A DNA stretch of 46,345 nt, taken from assembly GCA_034664525.1 (NCBI GenBank), contig JAXDHL010000035.1:1-46345 (forward strand), read 5' to 3'. The notes under the pieces are model-generated. The model was not told the DNA's origin. It searched no databases and saw only the letters and a program-made list of their open reading frames with translations. Source of the stretch: Solirubrobacteraceae bacterium. Lineage in GTDB: Bacteria > Actinomycetota > Thermoleophilia > Solirubrobacterales > Solirubrobacteraceae. The translations under genes were made by a program, and so were the position numbers. Below, piece by piece: positions 9,577 through 19,384 of the stretch. The first letter of the stretch is position 1; each line of letters opens with the position of its first letter.

Positions 9577-11036
9577 TTGGCTCCCCCGAGGATCGTCTTG
9601 AGCGCCGACTGCGCCGTGCTGCCGGAGAGCAGCTGCTGGCTCGCCTTGCGGGTCTTGTCGAAGGTGCTCGCCTGCTTGGCGACGCGCTTCTTGGCCAGCC
9701 CGGGCAGGATCGACGTCGTGGTCGGGTTGCTGCATTGCTGGGACAGCACGCCCGACAGCCCGAGCAGGAATTCGAGACCCGGCTGGTTGTTGACCAGGTT
9801 CGTGAGCGTGTTGCAGGTCCCCGTCAGGAAGATCGGGCGCATCGGGCCGTTCGCGTCGTCGACGTTGATCAGGTTCTCGGTCTGGTGCGTCAGCCAGGCC
9901 ATCCAGAACAGGTAGCCCTCCTGGCGGCTGGCCTTGTCGGCCGGCTCGGCGCCGTTCGGGTTGAACGCCAGCAGGTTGAAGAGCGTGTTGAGCTTGCTGC
10001 CGACGGTGGTCAGGTCGGGCATCGCCGCCGACAGGCCGGTCGCGGCCGGGCGCAGGTTGGCCACGAGCGGGCGGGCCTCGCGCACGAACGGCCGGATCTC
10101 GTTGCCGATGATCGGCGTCAGCTGCTTGGCGATCGGGGTGATCACGCGGTTCGTGCGGTCCAGCGTCTGGAACACCGGCGTCAGGCTGCGCGCGGTGGGC
10201 CCGAGCTGGTCGGCGAAGCGCTGGACGTCGGACAGCGTGCGCGTCGTCGTCTGCAGCGCCGCCGGCAGCTTCTGCACGGTGGCCGACACGTTGCGGTCCT
10301 CGGAGGCGAAGGACTCGAACACCGAGGCCGACGAGTCCACCAGCCGGGCCAGGTCGTCGCTCTTGCCGGCTAGCGCGCTGGTGAGCTGGGAGAGCCCGTG
10401 GATGCCGTCCTTGATCTTCCCGCGCTCGACGGCGACGGCCTGGTTGACGCGGCGCAGGTCGCGGTTGGTCGGGCCGAAGCGCCGGAACAGCTCCGCCAGG
10501 TCCATCCCACGGCCCTTCAACCCGCCGGCGGCGCCGCCCAGCAGCAGCTGGAGGTGGTCGCGCGTGTCGCTGTCGAGCGAGGACAGGATCTCGTCGAGGT
10601 CGACGTCGGTGAGCGTGCGAGCGGCCGGGATGGTGAAGCCCGACTTCGCCAGCGGCGCGCTGCTGGTGCCCGGGTCGACCTGCAGGAACATGTCCTTGAG
10701 GCCGGTGCGCGGGCGCAGCAGGCCCTTCGCGTCGGTGTGGATGATGTTCTTGAAGCGCGGCTTGATGTCCAGGCCGATGACGGCGTGGCCGTCGCGCAGC
10801 GTGACGTTGGCGATCAGCCCGATCTTCACGCCGGCGATCTCGACGGTCTGGCCCTGGCCGGGCGTGACCGCCTGGGCGTTGTCGAGCTCGGCGTACATGC
10901 GCTGCGGCTTCTCGCTGATCAGCGGGAAGCGGAAACGCTGCTGGGTGAGGATGAGCGCGCTGACCGCGCCGGCGATCAGCAGCAGGGCGAGGATCGCCCC
11001 GAAGTCCTTGTAGTGCTCGCGGACGGCGCGCTTCAC
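9573..11036 (-). CDS. Mce/MlaD-family protein (5th of six)
   Basis: It starts at GTG 11036. It has an N-terminal TM helix (FGAILALLLIAGAVSALIL), an MlaD core (VEIAGVKIGLI) and a helical C-terminal region. Confidence 0.88.
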   Translation of the reverse strand: MKRAVREHYKDFGAILALLLIAGAVSALILTQQRFRFPLISEKPQRMYAELDNAQAVTPGQGQTVEIAGVKIGLIANVTLRDGHAVIGLDIKPRFKNIIHTDAKGLLRPRTGLKDMFLQVDPGTSSAPLAKSGFTIPAARTLTDVDLDEILSSLDSDTRDHLQLLLGGAAGGLKGRGMDLAELFRRFGPTNRDLRRVNQAVAVERGKIKDGIHGLSQLTSALAGKSDDLARLVDSSASVFESFASEDRNVSATVQKLPAALQTTTRTLSDVQRFADQLGPTARSLTPVFQTLDRTNRVITPIAKQLTPIIGNEIRPFVREARPLVANLRPAATGLSAAMPDLTTVGSKLNTLFNLLAFNPNGAEPADKASRQEGYLFWMAWLTHQTENLINVDDANGPMRPIFLTGTCNTLTNLVNNQPGLEFLLGLSGVLSQQCSNPTTTSILPGLAKKRVAKQASTFDKTRKASQQLLSGSTAQSALKTILGGAK

Positions 11037-11037
11037 G

Positions 11038-12651
11038 TCAGCCCCCGGCCTTCCGGATGTTGGCCCCGGTGAGCGACAGCCCGTCGCGCAGGACCTTCAG
11101 CTGCGCGGTGTTGCCGGCGCGCTTGGCGAGGTCGTCGACGAGCGACTTCGTCGCGTCGGTCATCGTCGGCGTGACCTTGATCCCGGCCTCGCGGAAGTTC
11201 TCCACCATCTCGATCAGCGCCGTCTGCTTGGCCTTCGTGTAGCGCGCCTGGTAGGCCGGCGACGCGGTGTTGACCTTCGTCGCCGCAGGCGGGCCCTGCG
11301 GCACGGTCGCCAGGTTCGGCTTCTGCTGGGTCTCGCACGGCACGTTGGGCTCGAGCGGCGGGCGGCTCTGCGGCTTGGGCGGGTTGACGCCCTCGACCGG
11401 GAACAGCGGCATGCCGAAGACGCCGTTGCCCATCTGCACCGTCTCGACGCCGCCGGACCCGAGAGTCTTGAACCACTGGCCGTTGGCGTCGAAGGAGCGG
11501 CTCTCGCCGGCCAGCCCCGGCAGCCACTTGACCGCGGACTGGTAGACGGGGCCGGTCTCCGGGAACGCCTTGTCGGGCACCGTGTCCTGCGACCACGGCA
11601 GGATCACGTTGTTCGTGCAGGACGCGAGCTGGCGCAGCTGGGCGAGCGTCGGCACCGACTTCACGGTCAGCCCGACGAGACCGGGCGTCGCGGCGCGCAG
11701 GTCGGCGGTCAGGCCGCGCAGCTCGTCCTTGCCGACGAGGCCGTGCAACTGGGCGACGAACGGGCGCAGCGCCGTGACCGCGGGCAGCGACGAGCGCACG
11801 CCGGGCAGCGCGTCGACGGCGAGCCGGCGCACCGACGGGAACGCGCCGTTGAGGCTGTCGAGCGCCGGGCCGGCGGCCCGCAGCGTGCGCGGCAGCTCGC
11901 GCACCGTGGCCTCGAGGTTGCCGTGCTGGACGGCGAACGCGGCGGCCGTGCGGTTGAAGTTCGTGATCAGCGACTGCAGGCGCGGCGGCGAGCGGTCGAG
12001 CGCCGCCGACGTCGTGCCGAGGTCCCGGACGATGTGGGAGAGGTCGTGCGGCTGGCGGCCGAGCAGCGCCTCGAGCACGATCGAGGAGTACTTGAACGCC
12101 GGCGCCTGGTCCTCCAGCGAGTGGTTGAACGACGTCGCGAAGCCGGCCTTGTACGCCTTGGCCAGCTCGCCCAGCGTCTTCTGGGTGGCGGCGCGGGTCG
12201 GCGCCTTGAGCGCCTTGAGCACCTCGTCGAACTGGACCGGGGTGGCGGTCTGCGTGATCGGGATCGTGTCCCCGTTGCCGAGCTCGGGCTTGCCCGCCGA
12301 GCCGGCGGTGAGGTCGACGAAGAAGTTGCCCTCGAGGAAGATGCGCGGGCGGATCTTGGCCGTCGCGTCCGTGTGGATCGGGCGGCCCATGTCCTTGATC
12401 TTCATCGTCACGACCGCCGAGTCGGCGCCCTTGGCCGTCGGCTGGACGTCCGTGACCCGCCCGACCTCGACCCCGGCGATCCGCACGGGTGAGTTCTTCT
12501 TGATGTTGTTCGAGGACCTGAATGCGGCCTTGATCTCGAACGAGGGCTGGAACGGGATCTGCTTCGTGAAGCCCAGGTAGCAGCCCACGACGATGATCAC
12601 CAGCGCGATCGCGCCGACCTTGAACGGGGCCACCCCGCCGCGGCGCTTCAC
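11038..12651 (-). CDS. Mce/MlaD-family protein (4th of six; possible lipobox IVVGC)
   Basis: It starts at GTG 12651, overlapping the upstream stop. It has a TM/lipobox-like N-terminus (IALVIIVVGCYLGF) and an MlaD core (VRIAGVEVGRV). Confidence 0.88.
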   Translation of the reverse strand: MKRRGGVAPFKVGAIALVIIVVGCYLGFTKQIPFQPSFEIKAAFRSSNNIKKNSPVRIAGVEVGRVTDVQPTAKGADSAVVTMKIKDMGRPIHTDATAKIRPRIFLEGNFFVDLTAGSAGKPELGNGDTIPITQTATPVQFDEVLKALKAPTRAATQKTLGELAKAYKAGFATSFNHSLEDQAPAFKYSSIVLEALLGRQPHDLSHIVRDLGTTSAALDRSPPRLQSLITNFNRTAAAFAVQHGNLEATVRELPRTLRAAGPALDSLNGAFPSVRRLAVDALPGVRSSLPAVTALRPFVAQLHGLVGKDELRGLTADLRAATPGLVGLTVKSVPTLAQLRQLASCTNNVILPWSQDTVPDKAFPETGPVYQSAVKWLPGLAGESRSFDANGQWFKTLGSGGVETVQMGNGVFGMPLFPVEGVNPPKPQSRPPLEPNVPCETQQKPNLATVPQGPPAATKVNTASPAYQARYTKAKQTALIEMVENFREAGIKVTPTMTDATKSLVDDLAKRAGNTAQLKVLRDGLSLTGANIRKAGG

Positions 12652-14141
12652 TTCTGCACCTCGGAGAACCGGATCGCGGGGGAGCCCTCGGGCGCGGACG
12701 CGAACGTCTCGCCGGCCGGCACCCGTGGCTGGCCGGTGTACGTCGGGCCCTGGTTGCCCGGGGTGATCGAGTCGCCCGCGATCGGGAAGTTGTCGTCGAT
12801 GCCCGCGGCGAGGTGGCGCGGGAACCCGCGCTGGCCGGTCTCGCAGTCGGCGTTGCCCTGGTTGTCGACGGCGCCGCCGTAGATCTGGGCGTGCAGCGTC
12901 GGGATCGGGAACGCCTGGCCGAACGACCCCAGCGGCTGGTTCTGGTCGTTCGACGGCTGCTTGACCCGGATCCGCTCGACGGTGCCGGTCTGGTCGGAGT
13001 CGGAGATGTGGTCGGCCAGCAGCGTCCAGGAGTAGTTCCAGTAGTTGCAGACCGTCTGGTACGGGCCGAGGTAGCGCGTGAGCGGCTTCAGCAGGCCCAT
13101 CGTCTCGCTCAGCCCGCCGACGCCCGTGGTCGCGCCGGGCGAGGTCCCGAGCGTGGTCAGCGCATTGAAGGAGCCGGTCAGGCGGCGGTTGAGCGCCGGC
13201 AGGTCCTGCAGCGGCTTGACGCCGGTGCGCAGCGCGGCGGTGATCGCCGGCGAGGAGCGGCGCAACTCGGCGGCGGCGCCGCGGAGGTCGGCGGACACGT
13301 TGGCCAGCGAGTGCAGGAACGGGCGCGAGTTGCGCAGCGCGGTCGTCCCCACCGCCAGCGTCGCGGGGGAGTCCGCGATCGTCTGCTGCAGCGCCTGCGG
13401 GTCGCCCGACAGCGCGCCGAACGTGTCCGCGCCGTAGCCGAAGCCGTCGGCCATCTGCTGCGCGACCGGCGCCGAGATGCGCGCGGCGTCGCCGAGCTCG
13501 GAGAAGAAGCGCGCGAGCTGGGTGTCCGGCGCCGACAGCGTGTCCATCACCGGCACGGCGTCCTTGAGGAAGCGCGGGAAGTTCGCGATCGCGTTGTTGA
13601 TCGCGGCGCCGCGGAACGCGAACGCGTCGCCGAAGCCGATCAGGTTCTTCTGCGAGTTCTCGCGCGTCTTGGCGTCGAAGATGTTGAAGAACTGCTGCAG
13701 CTCCGGGGCGAGCGCCTGCTCGCCGACCGTGATCGAGGACCCGTCGGCGAGCGTGTCCTTCGAGGTTCCGCGCTCGAGCTCGACGTACTTGAGTCCGAGC
13801 GCCGACCGCGGCCGGATGCGGATCGACGTGTCGGCCGGGATCGGCGCGGCGTTCGCGTCGAGCTTGAGCTCGAGCGTCGCGCCGACCGCGCCGGTCTTGG
13901 CGTCCGTGCGCGGGGTGATCGCCGACACGACGCCGATCCGGTGGCCGCCCTCGCGGACGTCGTTGCCAGGCACCAGCTGCGCGCCGTTGGGCACGTTGGC
14001 CTTCAGCTGGAAGGTCGGCACGAACGGGAGGCCGTTGTTGGCGTTGTAGGCGAGAAACACGGCCACCACGACCACGAGCACGGTCACCGCGCCCACGAGC
14101 ACGGGGTTGGCCAGCACGGCGCCTGTCGTCCGTCGTCTCAT
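12648..14141 (-). CDS. Mce/MlaD-family protein (3rd of six)
   Basis: It starts at ATG 14141 (MRRRTTGAVLANPVLVGAVTVLVVVVAVFLAY), overlapping the upstream stop (ATGA). The upstream part of ORF 12648..14558 is rejected. Confidence 0.88.
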   Translation of the reverse strand: MRRRTTGAVLANPVLVGAVTVLVVVVAVFLAYNANNGLPFVPTFQLKANVPNGAQLVPGNDVREGGHRIGVVSAITPRTDAKTGAVGATLELKLDANAAPIPADTSIRIRPRSALGLKYVELERGTSKDTLADGSSITVGEQALAPELQQFFNIFDAKTRENSQKNLIGFGDAFAFRGAAINNAIANFPRFLKDAVPVMDTLSAPDTQLARFFSELGDAARISAPVAQQMADGFGYGADTFGALSGDPQALQQTIADSPATLAVGTTALRNSRPFLHSLANVSADLRGAAAELRRSSPAITAALRTGVKPLQDLPALNRRLTGSFNALTTLGTSPGATTGVGGLSETMGLLKPLTRYLGPYQTVCNYWNYSWTLLADHISDSDQTGTVERIRVKQPSNDQNQPLGSFGQAFPIPTLHAQIYGGAVDNQGNADCETGQRGFPRHLAAGIDDNFPIAGDSITPGNQGPTYTGQPRVPAGETFASAPEGSPAIRFSEVQK

Positions 14142-15742
14142 GGCGAGAGCAGGAAGTCGAGGAGGTCCTGAGCCGACTGCCCGGAGGGCGTCGGCGTCGG
14201 GCTGGCGGTCTTGGAGCCGCCGAGCACCGGCTTCACCGGGGGCAGCAGCTTCGGCAGCTGGTCGAGCAACTGCTGGACGGGCGGCAGGCCGGGGACGTTC
14301 GGCGCCGGCGTCGCCGGCGGGGCGGGCGTGGAGGAGCCGGGCGCCGAGTTCTGCGGTTGGTTGCCGGAGCCGCCCTGCTTGCTCGACCCGGAGCGCTTGC
14401 GCGTGCTGGTGCTCCGCATCGTCGCCGTCATCGGCGGGCTCGGGTCCGGCGTCGTGATACCGGGCTGGTTCGGGCCGAGCGCCTGGTTGCAGTCCTTGTA
14501 GCGCTGCATCGAGGCCGCGTCCTTCTTGACGTCGTCGGCCGTCGTGTAGTTCGAGCACTGGTCCGGCAGGATGTCGAGCTTCAGCGAGTAGCCGCGCTGG
14601 TCGAAGATGTTGACCGCCAGCGACTGATCGAAGATGTACTGCAGCGGCGCCTCGAGGCCGGTGTAGCCCTTGCCGCCGGGCGAGTTCGGATCCGGCTCGA
14701 TCGCGTGCGAGCGGTCGTCGAGGTTGCTCAGGATCATCGCCAGGTTCTTCGCCGGCTCGCCGGTCGAGCCGCCCAGCGTGGCGAGGCGCGCGATCAGGCT
14801 CTGGCTGGCCTTCGCCGCCGTGCGGCCGACCTTCGACGTGTCGCCGAGCGAGGTCGTCGCCGGCTTCAGCGCGTTCGAGAACGGCTGCAGGGTGGACAGC
14901 AGGCTGCGCACGTTGCCGGAGGCGGCGCGCAGGTCGGCCAGCGCCGGGGTCTGCAGCCGCGCTGCCGTGCCGAGGTCGGTCATCGTCGGCGTCAGCTGGT
15001 CCAGGAAGCCGGGGAAGCGGCGGAACGTGTCGGCGAGCTGGGCGCGCCGGGCGGCCGTCGCCTCGGCGGTGTCCTTGGCGTTGACGACGAAGCGTCCGAC
15101 GTCCTGGCTGCGCTGGCCGAGCACCTTGAGGACCGTTCCCGAGTTGCGGCTCAGGTCCGTCAGCGTGCGGCGGTTGTCGGCCAGGATCTTGAGCACCTTG
15201 TTGGTGCTCGAGACGGCGGGCAGCGCGCGCCGGATCGTGGCGTTGAGGTCGTCGCCGCGGGCGGCGAGGCCGGCGCCGAGCTCGCCCAGGATGATCGAGA
15301 AGCGCTCGCGCTGCGGCATCCGCATGACGTTGAGCACGAGGTCGGGCGGGATCGGCGACTCGGTGTTCGTGACCGGGATGTGCGCGCCGCCGGCGAGCAC
15401 CTTGCCCTTCGTGCCCGGCTGGCAGTCGACGAAGTACTCGCCGATCAGCGACTGCGGGGCGACCGTGCAGTGCGCGTCGGAGCGCAGCGCGCCGAAGCCC
15501 TGGGCCTTCGTGACCTCGACGGTGACCAGCGCGCGGGCGTCCTTGCGTGAGACGTCGAGGTCCTTGATCGTGCCGACCGGGACGCCGCCGACCTTGAAGT
15601 CCGCGCCGTTGACGAGGCCGAACGCGTTGTCGAAGACGATCTTGTACGTCTTGCCGCCGGCGGAGCCGCCCGCGCCGAGGAGCGCGATGGTGCCGCCGAT
15701 CACGAAGACCGCGACCGCGGTGATGATGGCCGCGCGCCTCAC
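14138..15742 (-). CDS. Mce/MlaD-family protein (2nd of six) with Pro/Ser/Thr-rich C-terminal tail
   Basis: It starts at GTG 15742 (VRRAAIITAVAVFVIGGTIALLG), overlapping the upstream stop (GTGA). It has an MlaD core (FKVGGVPVGTI). The last ~105 aa are low complexity. Confidence 0.88.
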   Translation of the reverse strand: MRRAAIITAVAVFVIGGTIALLGAGGSAGGKTYKIVFDNAFGLVNGADFKVGGVPVGTIKDLDVSRKDARALVTVEVTKAQGFGALRSDAHCTVAPQSLIGEYFVDCQPGTKGKVLAGGAHIPVTNTESPIPPDLVLNVMRMPQRERFSIILGELGAGLAARGDDLNATIRRALPAVSSTNKVLKILADNRRTLTDLSRNSGTVLKVLGQRSQDVGRFVVNAKDTAEATAARRAQLADTFRRFPGFLDQLTPTMTDLGTAARLQTPALADLRAASGNVRSLLSTLQPFSNALKPATTSLGDTSKVGRTAAKASQSLIARLATLGGSTGEPAKNLAMILSNLDDRSHAIEPDPNSPGGKGYTGLEAPLQYIFDQSLAVNIFDQRGYSLKLDILPDQCSNYTTADDVKKDAASMQRYKDCNQALGPNQPGITTPDPSPPMTATMRSTSTRKRSGSSKQGGSGNQPQNSAPGSSTPAPPATPAPNVPGLPPVQQLLDQLPKLLPPVKPVLGGSKTASPTPTPSGQSAQDLLDFLLSP

Positions 15743-17115
15743 GGGCCCACCGGCTTGATCGACGCGTCGCAGTTGAAGTCGGCCGTCGGCTTGTAGGTCG
15801 TCGATCCGTCGCCGGGGTCGCGCTCGTTCGAGCCCGGACAGCGGTTGTTGCGGCCGAGCTTGGCGCCGGCCGCGAGGACGTCGTCGCGCAGCGCCGGCGG
15901 GATCGGCACCAGGTTGCCGGCGGGCGTGAACGTGAACGCGCTGAGCGCCAGGCCGGCGCGCGAGAACGAGCCGAGCGCGTCGTAGTCGCCCGAGGTCGAG
16001 AAGTCGTCGAACCAGCCGGTCAGCTCGGGCGCGTAGGGCCGGAAGAACGCCAGCTCGGGCGCGCTCTTGGTCAGCGAGTCGACGAGCTCGGGGAATGCGC
16101 CGCGGCGGGTGGCGCCGTTGACCTGGCGCTTGTCGAGTGCCGCCTTGGCCAGGTTCGGCTGCGCCTTCAGCAGCTCGACCAGGTCGTTGCCCTTGCCCGG
16201 TCGCTGGATCGTGCGGGCCAGGTCGCGGAACGTCGGCCGCGCGTCGCGGGCGAACGGGCGCAGGTCGGCGAGCAGCGGGCGCAGCTTGCGGACCACCGGC
16301 TTGGACGCCGACACCAGCGGGTCCAGGTCGTCGAGCGTGGCGCGCAGGTTGACGAACGTCGAGTTCGACTTGCGCAGGAACTCGGGCAGCTGGTGGATCG
16401 CCGAGGCGAGGTTCGTGTCCTGGTTGGCGAGCGCGGTCGAGACCTGGCCGAAGTTCGAGACCAGGCCGGCCAGGTCGTCCTGCTTGGCCGCCGCGTCGGT
16501 GACCAGGCGGCTCGTCTGCACGACGAAGCGCTCGAGCAACGGGTCGTTGCGGTCGAGCTCGGAGAACAGCCGCGAGGACGACGACAGGATCGGGTTGAGG
16601 TAGTGGATCGCGTCGTTGGCGGCCTGGGTGTGGCCGTCGGTCATGTCCGCGAAGCCCTTGATGACCGTCCGGCCGTCGGCGCGCACCTTCGGGTCGAAGA
16701 TGCCGAACAGCTGGTCGAGATCGACCGCGGACTCGGTGCTCGAGGCCGGCAGCGTCGCGCCGTTCGGGATCGCCTTGGCGTCCATCGGGCCCTGCTGGAG
16801 GTCGATGTAGCGGTTGGCGACGCCGGACAGCGACGCCTGGCGGACGACGGCCTGCGTGCCCTGCTTGAGCGGCGAGTAGTCGCCGCTGACCGAGATCGTC
16901 ACGATCGCCTGGCTGTCGGGCGTGAGGCCGATCTGCTTGACCTTGCCCACGGTGGCGCCCGCGACCTGGACGAGGTTGCCCTTGACGAGCTGGCTGGCGT
17001 TGTCGAGCCGCAGCTTGACCGTGTAGTCGGAGCCGCCGCCCAGCAGGAGCACGGCCAGCGCGACCGCGACGACGAGCACGGCGAGGACCGCGACAATCCG
17101 TCGCGCGCCGTTCAC
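15739..17115 (-). CDS. Mce/MlaD-family protein (1st of six)
   Basis: The preferred start is GTG 17115 (VNGARRIVAVLAVLVVAVALAVLLLGG), which has GGGAG 9 nt upstream. The ORF-track start, TTG 17157, is an alternative. It has an MlaD core (VQVAGATVGKV). Confidence 0.85.
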   Translation of the reverse strand: MNGARRIVAVLAVLVVAVALAVLLLGGGSDYTVKLRLDNASQLVKGNLVQVAGATVGKVKQIGLTPDSQAIVTISVSGDYSPLKQGTQAVVRQASLSGVANRYIDLQQGPMDAKAIPNGATLPASSTESAVDLDQLFGIFDPKVRADGRTVIKGFADMTDGHTQAANDAIHYLNPILSSSSRLFSELDRNDPLLERFVVQTSRLVTDAAAKQDDLAGLVSNFGQVSTALANQDTNLASAIHQLPEFLRKSNSTFVNLRATLDDLDPLVSASKPVVRKLRPLLADLRPFARDARPTFRDLARTIQRPGKGNDLVELLKAQPNLAKAALDKRQVNGATRRGAFPELVDSLTKSAPELAFFRPYAPELTGWFDDFSTSGDYDALGSFSRAGLALSAFTFTPAGNLVPIPPALRDDVLAAGAKLGRNNRCPGSNERDPGDGSTTYKPTADFNCDASIKPVGP

Positions 17116-17222
17116 GTGCCCCTGCTCCCAGCCTTGACCCCCATCCGCACCAGGCAAGGTACCCAGCAGTGTGGATCGGTGCGCCGGTCTCCAATGAACG
17201 TCAACGTAGGCTTAATCCGGTC
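17116..17222. promoter_or_regulatory. divergent intergenic region (mce operon / arfB promoters expected here)
   Basis: This is the only non-coding DNA upstream of both transcription units, and it is locally less GC-rich (ccaatgaacgtcaacgtaggcttaatcc). A TAGGCT (TAnnnT) hexamer at 17207-17212 lies 10 nt before the arfB ATG, which is compatible with a very short or absent leader. Confidence 0.3.
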
Positions 17223-17639
17223 ATGCCCGCCCGCCAGGATCTGCGCCCGCTGCCGGGACTCGTCGTCCCGCTGTCGGAGGTGGTGCTGCGCGTATCGCGA
17301 TCGTCGGGGCCGGGTGGTCAGCACGCCAACGTGACCGAGTCGCGCGTCGAGGCGAGCTTCGACGTCGGCGCGTCGAGCGTGCTCGACGACGCGCAGAAGC
17401 GCCGCGTCGCCGCGCGCTGCGGACCGGTCGTGCGGGCCTCCGCGCAGGACGCGCGCTCGCAGGCGCGCAACCGCGAGCTCGCGCTCGAACGCCTGGAGTC
17501 CCGGCTGGCCGGCGCGCTCAAGGTGCGGCGCACGCGGCAGGCGACGCGGCCGACCCGCGCCTCGCGCGAGCGCCGGCTCGACAGCAAGCGCCGGCAGGGC
17601 GAGCGCAAGCGCGCGCGCCGCCGCCCCGACGCCGACTGA
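17223..17639 (+). CDS. arfB: alternative ribosome-rescue factor ArfB (peptidyl-tRNA hydrolase, GGQ domain)
   Basis: 138 aa from ATG 17223. It has the GGQ motif in context (RSSGPGGQHANVTESRV) and a basic Arg/Lys-rich C-terminal tail. Confidence 0.85.
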   Translation: MPARQDLRPLPGLVVPLSEVVLRVSRSSGPGGQHANVTESRVEASFDVGASSVLDDAQKRRVAARCGPVVRASAQDARSQARNRELALERLESRLAGALKVRRTRQATRPTRASRERRLDSKRRQGERKRARRRPDAD

Positions 17640-17658
17640 CGTCGAAGCGCGGCGGCCA

Positions 17659-18036
17659 TCAGCGCCCAAGCAGCGGGGCGGCCGAAAGCGCGCCGATGGC
17701 GGCCTCGGCCGTCGGATGGACCTCGAAGGACCGGTCGAGGCCGGTCATCGCCAGCGCCCGGCCGAGCGGTGAGCCGGGCGCGCAGGCGAGCGCGAGCCGC
17801 CGGCGCGAGCGGTTCAGCCGGCGCATCCCGGCCACGAGCGCGGTGATGCCCGTGGAGTCGATGAACGTGATCCCGGCGGCGTCGATCACGACGTGGCGGT
17901 CATGCTCCGTGACCACGGACTCGAACGCCGCGCCCAGGTCGTTGACGGTGTGGGCGTCGACCTCGCCCGCGGCCACGAGGACCACGACGGGGCCGGAGGC
18001 CTGGAGCGCGATGGAGAACTGCCCGGCGGCTGGCAC
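17659..18036 (-). CDS. STAS-domain anti-sigma-factor antagonist
   Basis: 125 aa. It has the SpoIIAA/RsbV-like core with the conserved phosphorylatable Ser context (ITFIDSTGITALV). Confidence 0.8.
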   Translation of the reverse strand: MPAAGQFSIALQASGPVVVLVAAGEVDAHTVNDLGAAFESVVTEHDRHVVIDAAGITFIDSTGITALVAGMRRLNRSRRRLALACAPGSPLGRALAMTGLDRSFEVHPTAEAAIGALSAAPLLGR

Positions 18037-18066
18037 GGCGCGGCGGATACCCGGAACGGGGATCGT

Positions 18067-19383
18067 TCAGGCTGCCGGCCGCGCGGCCGCGCGGACGGGG
18101 GCGGGCGGCTTGCGCAGGTAGACCACGGCCAGCAGCGCGCACAGGACCGCTGTGGCGCCGGCGTAGCCGACCTCGGCCCGCAGCAGCTGCGAGCCGACGA
18201 TCCCCGACAGCATCCAGGCGAGGAACAGGCCGGCCGCCGCGAGCCAGCAGACGGCCGCCGCGGCGGCGTGGTCGCGGGCGAGCGCGGCCTGGTTGAGCGT
18301 CCCGGCCGCGAGGTGCAATCCCATGCCGACGGCGACCAGCGCGAGCCCGAAGCGCCCGTAGCTGATCGAGACGTCGAACAGGATCCCCATGACCCACGGG
18401 CCGATCGCCAGCAGTCCGATCGCGCAGGCGCCGGCGAACGCGGCGATGGCGAGGATCGTGATGCGGATCGCACGCCGGAACTCGCCCGCGCCCGCCTCGG
18501 TGGCGTTCAGGCCGGCGAGGTGGGGGAGCAGCGAGCCCTGGATGGCCTGGAAGAGCTGCAGCGGCGCGCGGGCGATCAGCAGCGCGTTGAAGACGAAGCC
18601 GGCGGCCGCGGCGTTGGCGGCCGTCGCGTTGACCGTCAGCACGGCGCCGTTGATCAGCGTCTGCTCGGCCAGCATCACCACCAGCACGGCGACCGCGAAG
18701 CGCCCGCCGCGGGCCAGCGCGAGGTCGTCGTCCTTCGTCCGCCGCGGCGCTGCAGAGCGAGCGGCGCCCCGGTGGCGCGAGAACGCGAACGGCACGACGA
18801 CGAGCGAGACCAGCGGCGCGGCCGCCATCCCCAGCGCGACCGCGGTCTGCCCGTGGGCGATCCCGACCGCGACCGCCAGCGCGAACAGCAGCCGCGACGC
18901 GGACTCCATGAACACGAGCCCGCCGTAGAGCGCGAACCACTGGTGGCCGGCGAGCCAGCCGCGGGCGAAGTACGACGCCGCATAGAACGCGACGCCGGCC
19001 AGCAGGATCCAGTACATGGCGCTGTCGCCGTCGAACAGGTCGTGGACGAGCGGGCCGTGCAGGGCGAGCCCGAGCCCGAGCGCGGCGGCGGCGAACGCCC
19101 CCTGCAGCAGCAGCGGGGTGCGCAGCGGGTGGCCGGTCTCCAGGCCGCGGGCGCGGCGATCGGCGATCGTGCGCGAGAGCAGCTGCTCGATCGGCCGGTA
19201 GATCACCGTCACGGTCACGAACAGGACCGACCACAGCAGCGAGACCTGCTTGTAGTCGACGTCGCCCAGGACGTAGGACGCGACCGAGAAGTAGGCGAAG
19301 GTGACGACGCCGGTCAGCGCGATGCCGGCCGACAGCAGGCGCGCGCCGGCGCCGTAGCCGGCACTCCTCCGCCGTTCGGCCAA
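18067..19383 (-). CDS. polytopic membrane protein, oligosaccharide/polysaccharide flippase-like (MOP/Wzx superfamily)
   Basis: 438 aa with about 12 predicted hydrophobic helices, in operon context with a GT2 and a methyltransferase (1-nt gap to the upstream gene). Confidence 0.55.
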   Translation of the reverse strand: MAERRRSAGYGAGARLLSAGIALTGVVTFAYFSVASYVLGDVDYKQVSLLWSVLFVTVTVIYRPIEQLLSRTIADRRARGLETGHPLRTPLLLQGAFAAAALGLGLALHGPLVHDLFDGDSAMYWILLAGVAFYAASYFARGWLAGHQWFALYGGLVFMESASRLLFALAVAVGIAHGQTAVALGMAAAPLVSLVVVPFAFSRHRGAARSAAPRRTKDDDLALARGGRFAVAVLVVMLAEQTLINGAVLTVNATAANAAAAGFVFNALLIARAPLQLFQAIQGSLLPHLAGLNATEAGAGEFRRAIRITILAIAAFAGACAIGLLAIGPWVMGILFDVSISYGRFGLALVAVGMGLHLAAGTLNQAALARDHAAAAAVCWLAAAGLFLAWMLSGIVGSQLLRAEVGYAGATAVLCALLAVVYLRKPPAPVRAAARPAA

Positions 19384-19384
19384 G

